64,000 nt of DNA from Octopus bimaculoides (Eukaryota). The notes beneath the pieces were generated by a model. It saw nothing but the letters and a program-made list of their open reading frames with translations, was not told where the DNA came from and did no database searches. Both the position numbers and the translations under genes were made by a program. Below, piece by piece: positions 49,037 to 63,939 of this stretch (positions are counted from its first letter, which is position 1; each line of letters opens with the position of its first letter). The stretch is taken from NCBI RefSeq assembly GCF_001194135.2, contig NC_068993.1, positions 23,594,655 through 23,658,654 of the forward strand. Direction: 5' to 3'.

Positions 49037-52000
49037 TATGTATGTATGTATGTATGAATGAATGAATGTATGTATGTATGTATGTATGTATGTATGTATG
49101 TATGAATATATTTATGAATGAATGTATGTATGCATGTATGTATGTATTATGTATATACAGATATTCATTTATGAGCTCAAGCATTTTTGCAGTGAATACT
49201 GTCATATATATAAACACATGCATAAATCTATACATTGATACAGGCATATATAATTAGATACCAGTATATGTTCCTCTATATGGAAATATATTCAACCTAG
49301 AAGAAATGTACAGATCAAAACATGCTTAATATTTTTTTAAGAATCTAAATAGAATTCACTTACACATTTCCTGTATTCTTAATCGACATCCACGGGTTAC
49401 TATCAAACAACTATCGTCAGTCTCTTTGAACACATGCAAATATACCACCTCGTCCCTAACAAACCTCATGCTAATCATTCTAATTAATTAATTAAGTTTT
49501 ACGCTGACCCAATTAAAGTCGGAATCGTAAGGAATTCACGTGATAGATTTTAATGGATTTTTGCCTGTTTGGATTTGTTATTTGTGCAACGAAATGTTGT
49601 TTCCATAATGAAGTTAACATGATTAATTAGTCGAATTAGCAATTAAGAAATGTAGATTGTCTTCAAAGGTGTTCTGCTGGTTATCAGTAAACGACTTATC
49701 CAGCTTCACTTCTCTCTCCCTCTTCCTCATCAAATCGTTTTCTTTATTCCCTCCCAAATTCCAACTTGGGATAAATCACGGTCCTGGCGCATATTTTGTT
49801 CAGTTTATGCGTATGTTTGTCTTGGTTTCTTATTCTATTCCTTTCTGAATGTATGTATACATGTGTCTACGTATGCACGTATGTATGTATGTCTGTGTAT
49901 GTATATATATATATATGTATGTGTATGTGTGAGCGTGTATACATATATATACACACATACATATATATACGTACACACGCGAACACATACACACACACAC
50001 ACACACACACACGCATCAGCGTGTATATACATGTGCGCATTTAGGAGTGACACTTTTTACCGTGTGAATGGGTATAGACTTGTGTGAACTGGCATATAGA
50101 CTGTGAATTGTTACAGCTGAAGTAACATCCACTATATGCATCACAATATTTGTTCCGATATCTTTCGATCTATGTTCAAACCCTGCATGGCATGATATGT
50201 TCGTAGACCTCAGTAGGCGCCCAGATACATGGCAATTTGGCTACATTTTGTTGAAGTTCAAACTATTGGAAGCTTTAGACGAAGAAATTCCCTAAGGATG
50301 CATTCTCAACAACCTCCCACCAATCTCGGAAACTCAGAAAAGATCGTATGATGGACGTTTCCTCGTGACCACTATAATGTGTGTGTGTGTTTGCCTGTGC
50401 GTGTGTGTGTATGTGGAGTATATGTGTGTATGTGTGTGTGCCGGTGTGTATGTGTGTGTACCTGTGTGTGTGTTTGTGTGTGTGTGTGTATAGCTGCGTC
50501 TGTGCGTGTTCGAACTTGTGTGTATTCGCACATATGTGTGAATGTCTGGCACGATACTCTTTGATATACTGCATTGCTATTACACATACGGCTATATGGA
50601 AAAAAGAATAACAGGTTCTTTCTCCAGGACTTTTTGATAGACTTTTAACTAAAATCACATGCCTATAATTATATGCAATGCAACGTAATACATAATAATA
50701 ATCAATTTAAATGTTTAGTTAGAGATTTTTTTTCACAAGGCTGTGTTTCTCAATAAATTAAGTTTGTGTAAATGAAAGCAAGTTTATAATGTCTCATCGT
50801 TACCACAAAGTGAAAGTCTGCCGGTCATTTAAAAAAAAATGTTTTCTTTTAACGTTAGTGACGTCAAGAGACAAATGTCCATACACAATTCTAGTTCTCA
50901 TTGTTTACCATTGCATATAATGAAGATCGACATACATATTATATTTGGAAAAACAGATGCTAAAATTAAGTTTGAATAAAAATGTCTCCTTACTTCCTAG
51001 ATTAACCAGCCTTGATCATATTCGTTATTTAGTCGAATGCCATCATAATTCTGTGTATATAGACGCATTGATATAACTGTGAAGATCTATATACGTATGT
51101 GTATGTATGTATGTATGTATGGATGGATGGATGGATGGATGGATGGATGGATGGAGGTAGGTAGGTAGGTAGGTAGGTTGGTAGGTTGGTAGGTAGGCTG
51201 GTAGACAGGTAGGCTGGTAGACAGGTAGGCTGGTAGACAGGTAGGTAGGCAAGTAAGCAGGTAGCCATATAGGGAGGACTGTTAGGTTAGGTTTATCCAG
51301 ATAGCCTCATTCAAAAAAAAAAAGAGGAAAAAGGAGAGACTTTATGGCATGTATATTGACTTCTTTATCAAGACCTGAGACTTTCTAAAATTTTTATTAA
51401 AAGGGCTTTGCTGATGAAAGGATAAAACTCAATGATGGCATGTCATAGACATGCAATTGCTTGTGTTAGTTATCAAATCGATCTATCATAAAGGAACTAT
51501 TCTCGTAATTGAATCAAGAATGAATTCGTAACGCTATGAACAATTCGTTTATAAATTAATAAGTTGGTATTCAAGTTCAGCTACGAAATTTGGCTTTTGG
51601 ACTATTAAGCTCATCTGTTTATGGTTTTAGCTGTTAGACAGTCAAATCGATTATCTATTTTAATGACGGGCGCTAATTGCTTTGCTTCCTTGTATTATTG
51701 TAATAACTGTGAAATTTAGTTGTCTTATAAATTATTATACAGGTACAGGTAATTGATTAAAGAACCTTCTGAATAGGTGTGAGAGAGGAGTTAGTCTGCA
51801 TATCATATTCGCTTAAGCCGGAAAATGTCTTAACCTGAGATATAATTCCACAATAACTGATTTCTTCTGAGGTCCTTCCTTTATATAGGCAGTTTTCAGA
51901 ATGTTAACTATATTTTTTGACTCTTTCACCCATGTAAGGCATATATTTCAGTTGTCATCGACGGGTCCTCAGGCTAGATCAATTATTTTGGCATTTGGTT

Positions 52001-52222
52001 GAAATTAACGTGTTCTCTTTGTACAGTACAATAACAAAAGTACAGTAACTAAAAGAAAGAAAGGAGTATACATGGATCTACAAAATCCAAATAGATTGAC
52101 GTTTAGTGAGTACTAGGCGAGGATAACCGGGATAACAGAACAATATAAACGAGAGACAGAAGCAAAAATTATATCTAAAAACCTTGAAGAATATATATAT
52201 GTGTGTGTATGTGTGTGTCTGT

Positions 52223-52304
<82 letters not shown>

Positions 52305-52319
52305 GTGTGTGTGTGTAGA

Positions 52320-52810
52320 CAAAATGTTTTCGGCCCTCTAGATAAGCATTTTCCTACTCACCAAAGATACATGAAACACTTTAACAGATACAGCTACAAG
52401 GTTAGTTTTCGTTCAACCCCCGATTTTAAAACTATAATTGTTAACAAGAACATTCGACCTTCAGACGCCCTGAGTTCTTTCGGGAACAGGCAAATATGTC
52501 CGCTAAATAGGGGCTGTAATATAGAAGCCGTTATATACGAGGTGTCACACAGATCGACCAATTCTGACAGCACATTTTTTACCAAGAGATATGTGTGGAT
52601 TACTGATGGCAGTGTCAAGACGTAGATTAATAATCATATCACCTCTTAGAAACTGGAAGAAGCGGAAAAACACAAAGATTTCTTGCGATATATGAAAATG
52701 AATGAGAAATGCACAAGTTGCACCATCAATAAGAAAATCCTGGCAAATTGCAAAGCCTGTGCAAATGGTCGCACAAAATGAAGGCTCTGACACACAGAAA
52801 GGTGTCTCCT
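52320..52810 (+). mobile_element. Degenerate PLE C-terminal fragment (Nematis-like linker and GIY-YIG)
   Basis: LDKHFP..KHFNR..KVSF..PDFKTII, CPLNRGC..AVIYE, KRYVWIT..VKTR.NNH. Confidence 0.7.
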
Positions 52811-53407
52811 GATGAACACACTGGATTCTACTACATAACTAATTAGCTAGATGCCACTAATCTCCTTTTGAAATGGCAGTACTCCTCTCAAGGAAGGAAG
52901 AAAGTGAGACTATAAAACTATTTCCTTTTACAGGTTGGACTTGGATTTTCTTTCTTATCAGCCCTTAGTTTTCGTATATTGTTCTATTTTATATTTCTAC
53001 ATGCTCTTATATATTTTTGTATATTCCATTTATTTCTATAGGCAGTGTCCTTATGCCGTATAGCCATATGAGAATGAATTTGTGATCGTGTATGCATGAA
53101 TGTGTAAATCATACATATGTATATATATTTGTATATACATTAGCATTGTTATAACTTTAAAAAATGATATAATATAAAGCCCTAAAATTTCGTCCAATTA
53201 TCTCATATGGATACTCAACAGGGCATCTTTTATTTTCCCACATGCATCTATGTGTGACCATGAATACAATTACATACGTGGGCGTGTGATTGTACATCCG
53301 GATATACATATACTTCAATTTTAACATTTTAAAACTCGTTATCATATGTCATTATTAAAATTCAACTGTAACTTCTATTTACCTTCTACCTTTCATCTTC
53401 TACCATC

Positions 53408-53455
<48 letters not shown>

Positions 53456-55911
53456 NNNNNNNNNNNNNNNNNNNNNNNNNNNNNNNNNNNNNNNNNNNNN
53501 NNNNNNNNNNNNNNNNNNNNNNNNNNNNNNNNNNNNNNNNNNNNNNNNNNNNNNNNNNNNNNNNNNNNNNNNNNNNNNNNNNNNNNNNNNNNNNNNNNNN
53601 NNNNNNNNNNNNNNNNNNNNNNNNNNNNNNNNNNNNNNNNNNNNNNNNNNNNNNNNNNNNNNNNNNNNNNNNNNNNNNNNNNNNNNNNNNNNNNNNNNNN
53701 NNNNNNNNNNNNNNNNNNNNNNNNNNNNNNNNNNNNNNNNNNNNNNNNNNNNNNNNNNNNNNNNNNNNNNNNNNNNNNNNNNNNNNNNNNNNNNNNNNNN
53801 NNNNNNNNNNNNNNNNNNNNNNNNNNNNNNNNNNNNNNNNNNNNNNNNNNNNNNNNNNNNNNNNNNNNNNNNNNNNNNNNNNNNNNNNNNNNNNNNNNNN
53901 NNNNNNNNNNNNNNNNNNNNNNNNNNNNNNNNNNNNNNNNNNNNNNNNNNNNNNNNNNNNNNNNNNNNNNNNNNNNNNNNNNNNNNNNNNNNNNNNNNNN
54001 NNNNNNNNNNNNNNNNNNNNNNNNNNNNNNNNNNNNNNNNNNNNNNNNNNNNNNNNNNNNNNNNNNNNNNNNNNNNNNNNNNNNNNNNNNNNNNNNNNNN
54101 NNNNNNNNNNNNNNNNNNNNNNNATATATAATCTTTTCTAGAGAAAATAATTTTGTAATATTTGATAGAACTTGGAATCATTGTGTTGCAACCAAAGTCT
54201 TAAAATAACCTAAATTGCCTTAGAATTACACTGCTGTAATATAAAACCCTTCAGATTAATTATTATCATAATAATTGTAGCTATTATTTTCCACATATTT
54301 TCATTAAATTGCATAATTATCAATTCGCTTATACAAAAATACAGTCTGGTTAGAGAAAATTGAATATTTACACTTTATAAAGCCAATTTTATATTCAAAA
54401 TTATTGCAAATTATCGACGGTTCATGAATATTCACTGTCTCGGAAGAAAACATTCGTGCATTTGCCTTAAAATATGCTGTTTCTTTTACAAGAAAGAGGT
54501 ATTAACGTTTCAAAAACCACTCAACAGCTATGGCGTTTCCTCTCAGTTATTTTTCTGAAAGCAATACGCTGAAATTAAAAACATTATTTTGAGATTATAG
54601 ATTTGAGTACCCTTCTTACTCAATATATAGAACGTACAGAATATTTGCCTATAAAATTGTTTCCTATTTACATATGAACCGCTCGACATCTGACCTCTAC
54701 CTTTTAACATATGCTATTTTCCAAATGGAAGATAACAACTTCAAGAAGTAGAGATCAGACATCAAAGGCAGAAAGAGCGACTCACACATTTTCGTCTCCG
54801 CCAACCGTCGCCTGCGATAAATGTCGCCACTCTTTTATACAGTTCTTGGCCTGAAAACCGACCTCAGTCACCGGCAACCTTTGCACTCATTAGGATGAAG
54901 AGGCTTAATCACTCGCTACAAATTAACTACATGGATACAAGTTAACGCCACCGATTCAGGTATGAAATGTTGAATGAAAATGAAGTATCATTTACATACA
55001 CTACAGGGTGAATATATTCTTAAGGTCAAATTTTAGTTACCCGTGGGCTCTTGTAGGCTTCCTAATTAAATGTGATTTTTTTTTTTGACAATGTCTAGTT
55101 CTAATCAACGTTTTGAGATAAAATAATAAAAAAAAGTTTGTTCAGAATATGCTCGGTCAAAAATATGAGACTAAGGCAAAAAATTGACTTTGATTTGAAA
55201 TATCTATTATTCTAAAAGAAAAGCATGAATTAGTTGGGTTTAAAATAATGTGCGCATCCAGAAGAATCTTTTGATGAAAACCGCGTTAAAATTTTTTGGC
55301 ATGAAAAATGTGTTAAGTGGCAAAAACAAAATGGTAACACCCCCACCACCACCATATTGAATTTGAATTGAAATATCTCAGCAAATATTAAAGAAAGCTA
55401 TATATTAATTGTTTTCTATTGAATGAGTTCTATGAAATGAATCTTAAGGTGAGGTGTAAACTGCGTCAAAAATCTTTGCATACAAGAAAAGTTATGTGGA
55501 TTTACGTGATGAAAAGAAGGTGTTCAAGTTTAATAGATTAAAATGACTGTGCCATTCTAATATATTTAGCGTTATAAAAGAACGTTGCCAGCGTAAAGGG
55601 TCGCGTAATTAAATACTTTAGAGAGCCTAGCCATAAGTTGGGAGGTATTGGGCGCGACTCTGTGTAGTAAATTGTTGATTACCTTCCCCACCCCTGTCTT
55701 ACAAGAGTATTTAGCCGATCTTCTAATCTCTCTTCAAAACTCTTCTGCGCTCGAAACTTCCCTCATTCCTTTTTGTAAAACACCAATTCACTCGGCGCCT
55801 TACTCTTTGGTTTAAAATGTAGCATTTACCTACGGTAGTGTGTGAATATATTTTTAAAGTCAACTTTTAGTCACTCTTTGATTTTAAGATTTCTTTGCCT
55901 TAGTTTTAGTA

Positions 55912-56875
55912 TTACTAGAATGAAAAATATAAAAGTAAATATAATTAATCATTATAATAGAAGAATTGCTTAAACAAAAAGTGGACAATAATGAAAAAAA
56001 ACAGGCGCAGAATGCTAGAATATTCATAATTTCAGGCATGTAATTAAGCTTAGAAAAGTACAGGAAAGAATAAGAAAATAACATAAAAAATTGCTGCTGA
56101 GGTTAAAATTAAAAACTGAAATGATAATAAATACCTTTCTACGTTGTTTATTTTTACATAACTGTTTAAATTAAAATACTCAAGAAGATATTTATTTTCC
56201 ATTTTAGTGAAAGCACCAATTGTTTGTAACTTTACATGTTAAAATTGTGATATTACAAATTTATATATTTTTTTAAATCACATAATAGTAATTTCAGCAA
56301 AATTCACCATGTATTATGTGACCCCTAAGATTTTTTTAAAAGTGAACTCAATTTGTTCATTAGCTTACATTTTTTTAAATATTTTTTCTAACTGTATATA
56401 CAAAATATTTTGTATCATAATGCAAACTTTAAAGAAATATTATTCTTTTTTTTATTTTACATAAAAAATTTGTTTTACTAAATTTCACTGTTTGAATTAC
56501 ATATATTGAATATGAGTTTCACTTTATAACACAAAATCTGTGATTTAATATTTTTAGATAATGAATTTTGCGCTGAAAAAACATTTAAAAATAATACTTA
56601 TAAAAATAAGTCAGAAAATGTTTTAGTTTAATACGAAGAAACTTTTAAGTCACAAATATTAGCTTAATTTTTTTAAATTTTCAATTTAAACCAACAGAGT
56701 AAAAGTACAAAAATGTGCTTACTCAATGTGAGGAACAATTTCAGACATTTATTTAGCGAATTCTAACTTCAGTAGTTTATATTCTTCTTGTCTATTAATT
56801 TTCCAGGCTTAATTATATTCTTGAACTTAAGAATATTCTAGCATACTGCGCCCGCATTTTTCATTCTAGTATAAA
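55912..56875. repeat. Long imperfect inverted repeat in AT-rich DNA, probable non-autonomous DNA transposon
   Basis: TACTAGAATGAAAAAT and GGCGCAGAATGCTAGAATATTC.TAA..TAATTAAGC (55912-56108) mirrored at 56761-56875. Confidence 0.5.
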
Positions 56876-57921
56876 TGTGATGTTTATGTTAATCCAGCTC
56901 TCCATGAGTCTTTGTCAATTTTTCTACCAGTAGCAATTAAAATATATGGTTTTCAATTGTTTCCATACCTTGTATGAAAAATATATTGAAGTGTGGTTGA
57001 TGTAAAAAGTGACTTTCTTGAAAGTTCACATTTACACTGTGGATCCTTTGTGATCGTAGTTGATTTCCTATAGAAGTGTGTTGTTGAAGAAAACAATTTC
57101 TTAGTATTAAATAAACCTTCCTTAATTGAAGCATAAATCCATGAATTCTGTAGAATCTTCAAATCACCAGCTGTTTTGTTTCGCGCCTACCTATTTGTAC
57201 AATTAGATTGGCAATTCTTTTACATTATTTACTTATCTTTTTGTTTTATTGTTTCCAAGTTCTTTGTTACTATGTTTTAAACCCTTATTAATACATCTTG
57301 TTAAAATAGGATGTTGAATCCCCTAATTACTACCAAGCATATTGTCTTAATTGATATAAGCGTGTTCATATATAATGAATCTGTTTTAAATAAAATATTT
57401 CATTTAGTAAAAGAAAATTAAAGCCAAAATATCTCTACTCTGATGGTCAACTCCTCCTTATCAAGTCGATATAATTTTATCCAGTTCCAGTGTTTTATAC
57501 TTTGTATATATTAAGTGTGAAGTTTGTGTGTATATTAAGAGTTGAAACGTTGAAGCAAACATAGCGATCTAGTCATCTGAAAAGCGTAGGTCGCTACGTT
57601 TGCATTTATTAGTGAATAAACAATTGTATTATGCTGAACACACGTAGTAATGCTAACATGTACGCATACTTTCTGTAATACTTAAATTAATACTAAGTGA
57701 AATAAATTGGCGAATCGGCCGTAATTCTAAACAAGTCAATTGCTTAAACAAATCTATATCTACCTCCCATTTATCCTGATATATGAGTATATTATGTGAA
57801 TAAATGTATATACATGCCTGTGTTTGCGTATGTGTGGGTGGATAGGTATGTATGTTCATGCGTGTGTACATATGTGTGTATATGTGTGTGTGTGTTGTGT
57901 GTGTGTGTGTGTGTGTTTGTG

Positions 57922-57963
<42 letters not shown>

Positions 57964-58214
57964 TTTGTATCGTATACAAATGTTCAGCTAGATTTGGTTC
58001 TTGAATTTCTCGCTAATAAACAGGATCTTTATAGTCTAAATGAACGAATATTTCATTAGAATTGGAGCAAAATCAGCGTGATAATCTTCAATGATCCTAC
58101 CTCTGCAGACAGACAGACAGACAGACGGACATACAGACGGACGGACGGACGGACGGAAAGACAGACAGACAGACAGACAGACAGGCAGAAAGATAGACAG
58201 ACAGACAGACAGAC

Positions 58215-58275
<61 letters not shown>

Positions 58276-58694
58276 TAGCAACATAGGAAGTTGGAAGTTC
58301 TTTTGTTATTATTCATTAAACATTACACACGTTTCATTTGCTAATAGGTATCACAAAACTATACATGTTGTATAAATATGTAAGAAATTTTCTATCAAAA
58401 ATTCTTCAAACGCTTTATCAAAATTTGCATTATTTAATGAATGAACAATTGCTAATTGGAAATTTCTTGAATATTTTTCCAACATGTAATCGGAAATAAA
58501 TCAATAATACCAAATAAATTTCGACATCATGTTATGTTATTTAATATTTTTGCTAAAAATATTTCCATTATTTTCAGCTCTTATTTTGCACTTCATATGA
58601 ATACAAGAGCGACAGCAACTAGATATTGGATTGTAATACTAGAATAAGCAGATGAGCTTCACGAGGACAAAGCTTCGATTTTACCCACCCTACA

Positions 58695-58749
<55 letters not shown>

Positions 58750-58813
58750 CTGATATGATACTGATATGATATTTTATATATATATATATCTATATGTATA
58801 TATATATATATAT

Positions 58814-58869
<56 letters not shown>

Positions 58870-58874
58870 GTAGG

Positions 58875-58954
<80 letters not shown>

Positions 58955-59954
58955 GATATATAAATATTTATTTATTTATTTATTTCATGTATAATCAACC
59001 TTGTACGTTATGTATAAACTCGTACGATTAAATAACATGTCTTCTCTGAGAGGAATTACAAGAAAAGTTACATGAAAAAGAAATTAGTACTAAACGTTAA
59101 GAAACATTTAAGAGAAAAAGAAGTTTTCTACTAGAACACTGGTTAGCTCCCTTTACCCACTTAATATGCTTTATCTTCCTAGTATCATTTAAAAAAGATA
59201 TGTATGGTGGGCTGTAATCGAAGCAGCGGGTTTATATGCATTCATCAATCCTATCGTCTGCAATGGGCGACATTCTCCAAAATAACAAATCATATCGAGA
59301 TGCATGTAACTTGTAAAGCCTACGGTCACGAATTTACTAGCTTAATGTACTTGTTCGATCTAATAACTATGAATGTTCCTTCAGATAAACATAGCTTTCT
59401 CTATTTTAACCCGTTGATTTTTTTCCCTTAGACCTCTACTTTATGCTTCACTTCGTGTTCTGACATATACTGCTGTATTTCTGGTTCCAGATATAGCTTA
59501 CTAACTCTGTGTTGTTCCATTTGTTTACGAATAAACAAAGTTTGTGTCTTTACGTAGAACTTTTTGAAGTTGCTTTCATGCAGTCCTATAAATATTTTTC
59601 TTTCAGTTCAGACTGAACAAACTAGACGTGTCTGGTCTTATAGGTAAAAATCTAGGTTCTCGCAGTGGAGTGGGCATATTTCTAGTCCCCAAAATATTTC
59701 CTGGGACAGCTCACAAAATTTGATATCTCCCATGCCTCTATGAGCCTAGATGAAACTAAGAAGTCAGACAGTGAATCAAGTGATAGTCTTTGGTATATAT
59801 TTAATACCCAACAGCTAACATTAGTAAGATAATCTTTAAACACTCCGTGCTTCGAAAGATATATACCATATGGTAGGACCTGCTAAAATATTACTCTAAC
59901 AGACACTTGCCTTAAAAACTGTAGCTGATGTCTCTAAACGCCTAAATCTATTTT

Positions 59955-59998
59955 GGTAAGAGATTAATGGTAAGAGATTAATGGTAAGAGATTAATGG
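59955..59998 (+). repeat. 14-bp unit GGTAAGAGATTAAT x3
   Basis: Direct inspection. Confidence 0.9.
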
Positions 59999-60158
59999 CG
60001 TTTATTTAATTTTAGTAATTAAATAATAATGTTAGTGAAATATGTTTAAAATTATTCGTTTTTAAACCAGTAAGACGTGAATCAGTATCAAGTTTGTAGA
60101 CAAGTTCCATAGTCCACCACCTTTTTTGAGGATGCATACACACACGCCCGTTGAGGGT

Positions 60159-60239
<81 letters not shown>

Positions 60240-60326
60240 CCTGCATGCATGTATGTATATGTATATGCAGGTATTTATGCATACATATACAGACAAACAG
60301 ACAGATAGATAAATAGATATATAGAT

Positions 60327-60365
<39 letters not shown>

Positions 60366-61189
60366 GAGAGAGAGAGCAGTGGGGAGAGAATCTGATATTA
60401 AAAAAGATTTGTAAAATGATATTCCATACCAGAAACGTGGTGTGCTTGAATTAATATTACCGAAATTACGAATATATTTACCCTGTTCTATATTTGCCGC
60501 GATTTGTGATTGTAACACAGTTCTTACTTGTCTAGTATAAAAATGTAATCTTTACTGTTCGATATATCGTTCCGACATAAAATATTCATATGCGAAAATT
60601 GTAAGATTACGAAATGAATGGGAAAATATATTTATTCTTCCAGTGAATTAGATGCGTAAGAATCAATTTTCTGGAAAGTATATAGGTTCACTCTACAAAA
60701 CTTCCATAAAGACCACATAGAATTACCTTCCTCATCGTTTGCCAATTGTAAATTCTTTTAAAGTTCCATGCCATAAATGACAAAATTATAGAGAATCAGA
60801 CTAAACTAATCGATTCAAAAAGCTATAAAATATCTCATAAACTCTTCGCTTCATGTACAGAACGAATGTAGAATATCTCAACAAAGCAATGCGCAGTATA
60901 TAAACTAAGATCGAACAGAATCTGGCATCAGTTTTATTGACTCCATATGAAACGCTCAAACATTTCGATATTTTTTAATCTATTTTCTTTATCATATTAT
61001 TTGTTCAATTTCAGATATATACATATGTTCAACTAAAATTATTTGTCTTCATATATTACATAATTATTGATATATACACTCATACATACGCTCACATAAT
61101 CATGCACAATATGTGTGTGTATATATATCAGTGTGTGTGTATATGCGTGTGTGTATGCATATGTGTGTGTGTGTGTATGAGTGTTTGTA

Positions 61190-61640
61190 TGTAGAGTACA
61201 GCCCGCCCCACATCACCATTGCAGAAATGAAGTCGTTACAGCAGTTCACTATCTTCAATGTATCATCTCATCAGATGCGAATATCAACAAAGAAATTGAC
61301 TATAGACTCCCATAGGCAAACATAGCATTTGACAGACTGTACAAGCGTGTGCATGACAACAAGCATCTTAAGATCAGCACAAAAGTCAGCGTTCATAGAG
61401 CCGTCGTTCTAACGACGCTCCTATGTGGCTCTGAGTCCTGGATCCTCTACTGCTATCATCTTAAACTCTTTCACAGCTGCCTCCGACCATCCTCAACATT
61501 TACTGAAGCGACTGCATCAGCAAAACTAAGGTCCTTGTGCGAGCAAAGGTTACCAGTCTGGAAGCCATTTTACTTGAAACACGACTGCGTTGGGCTGCAC
61601 ATTTTGACAGGATGAAAGACCATCGCTTACCCAAGATCTT
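61190..61640 (+). mobile_element. RTE (BovB-like) LINE fragment
   Basis: ISSDANINKEID.R...A..AFDRLYKRV, STKVSVHRAVVLTTLLCGSESW, W.GHI.RM.D.RLPK.L.Y across frameshifts. Confidence 0.75.
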
Positions 61641-62685
61641 CATGTATGTTATAGTACTAATTAATAGTTTTTTATCATAATAAAGTGCTAATCGATTGAT
61701 GTAATTTTTCATTTACTAGTAGGTGATTAAGCCCTTCCACCTGTTGTTGGAAGTGAGATAGGCCAAGTTCCAACGCTCGATATAAGTAATCAGTTGAAAT
61801 TTAAAAACAAAAGACCAGCTATTCAGACCTTTATACTCGGCAAGATGAATAAATGAATGGGAAAATGGTTTATGTTGTAAGGGGCTCGAAAACACTTAGG
61901 ACAGTATATACTAGATTAGAAAATAATTATTATGGAAAAAATATTAAGAGAGAAACCACATCCTAACACGTTTAGTATTTTGATGATATGCTGTGCATTT
62001 ATTATCTAATGATAATGCATGCTCAAAGAGATGTGTCATTCCCAGCAGTATACAGACACAGCTATATCCATAGATATAGTGACAGACAAAATACAATTAC
62101 AATACAAAATAAATATATTAAAAAAGACAAAAGAAATTATGTCAGTTTGTCTAAAAATGACTATTCTATCTTAATGGATCATAAGGAAGAAATTTTAAAA
62201 CAAATTGGGAAAATGTGCTAACCTACGAATTGACTGTAAGTATAATTGTAATAGATAATCGCCATACTACAAATGATTTTAATTGTCATTAGATAGATAT
62301 TTTCCAAACTCTAAACAATACCACAAGATACTTAACAGACAAACAGAGAAATTATCATACGCTTATTCACAAACTTTTTATCGGAATGATAAACCGTGAT
62401 TAAACTATGACAATTAGTGGGTGTCGAAATAAAGATAATCCTTATCAGAACTGTAAATGCTAAAGGAGGAAGTAACCAAGTCCGTGCAAATAATTTTGAT
62501 AATAATAAGCAAAATGATGTGAGTAATGATGGAACTACCGAAAATTTTAATCATAGCAGTACTGGAAACACCGACATGGATGATAATGAAGGGTATATCA
62601 AGAGAACTAATAATATATNNNNNNNNNNNNNNNNNNNNNNNNNNNNNNNNNNNNNNNNNNNNNNNNNNNNNNNNNNATATATATC

Positions 62686-63923
62686 TTTGGTCATCCCATA
62701 AATAATGCGTTTTCTTTTTTCATACTGCTATTATTTTTCAAAATTAAGATAAAGTTCTTTTTAAATCTAAAATATACTCACCTTCATTTACGATGCTCTT
62801 CCATGTCTCGGGTAGACTTGCAAGGCCCCTCTTCCAAAATTCACTTGTCCCTGACGAAAAATATTCCTCCACTACAGTTGTGACTTTGACTGCAGTATTC
62901 TTATTTTTTCCATCCAGATGGGTTGGAAGACTGCGTAAAAAATGATGATCAGATGGGGCAATGTCCGGCAAATTTGGCGGGTGGGGCATCGTTTCCTATT
63001 CAAACTGCTCCAGCTTTTGAAATGTCATCCTCACTGTATGTGGGCGAGCATTATATTGATAGAAGAAAACCTTTCGTCTTGAAACTAAGGATGGTTGATT
63101 TTCTTCTCGCACTAACTTAAGCTGCTCATGCTGCTCACAAAAGATATCCTTTGTTATCGTCTGATTTGAGTTTAAAATTTCAAAGTGGACTAAGCCTTTC
63201 ATATTCCAACAGAAAAGTCAGCGTGGGTGAAGACCTTCATTAGCCTGAGGTGCCTGTGTTTCTCTCTTCCCTACCCATTCTCTTCGGCGCTTGACGATTT
63301 TATGGAGAACCCCTTTCTCGTTACCAGTCACTATTTCAGTTCCAAAAAGGGTCATTCGTGAAGCGTGACGGCAAAGAATACCACACATTCACACTCTGCA
63401 CAAAATTAGAATAAGAAAGTTTGTGAGAAACCTATTGACCCTATTTGCTGACTTTTCCGAAGGCATGCAGGTACCGATTAATGGTGGAATGACCAAAGCC
63501 AAACCTGTCTGCTAGTTCCTAAACAATTACGATGGGATTCTGTTCCACGAGGGTTTGCAGGACGTCCTTGTCGGGCTATACAGGTCTTCCAGGACGAAAC
63601 ACGTCTTCTAGTCTGTAGTTTCCGGCTCAGAATTTCTGGAAATACCGTTGACACTGGCTTACGCTTATTGTCCGACCCCTATATGCTGAATTAATATCCC
63701 TCGCACTTGCCGTTGCGTTGTAGCCTTTATTGTTCCTTAGTTACTTCCATTATAGCTTTGAAAATTAACTGTTAAAATCGAACTGTACTCTTCAAAACCT
63801 GCACTAAGAATGAGTACAAAGTTAAATTACTACTGGCGTTTATGCCAGTAGTTTATCCTGTTCCACTGCGATCTTTCCTTCATGCAATTGAAAAAAGCCG
63901 CATTAGTTACGGGATGACCTGAA
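62686..63923 (-). mobile_element. Full-length degenerate mariner (~1.24 kb) with TIRs
   Basis: TIRs GGTCATCCCATAAATAATGCG (62689) / CGCATTAGTTACGGGATGACC (63899-63919); KGYNATASAR, LEDVFRPGRP, IVTGNEK, GLHPR, YNARPH, HPPNLPDIAPSD; many stops. Confidence 0.9.
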
Positions 63924-63939
63924 ACATACATACATATAC

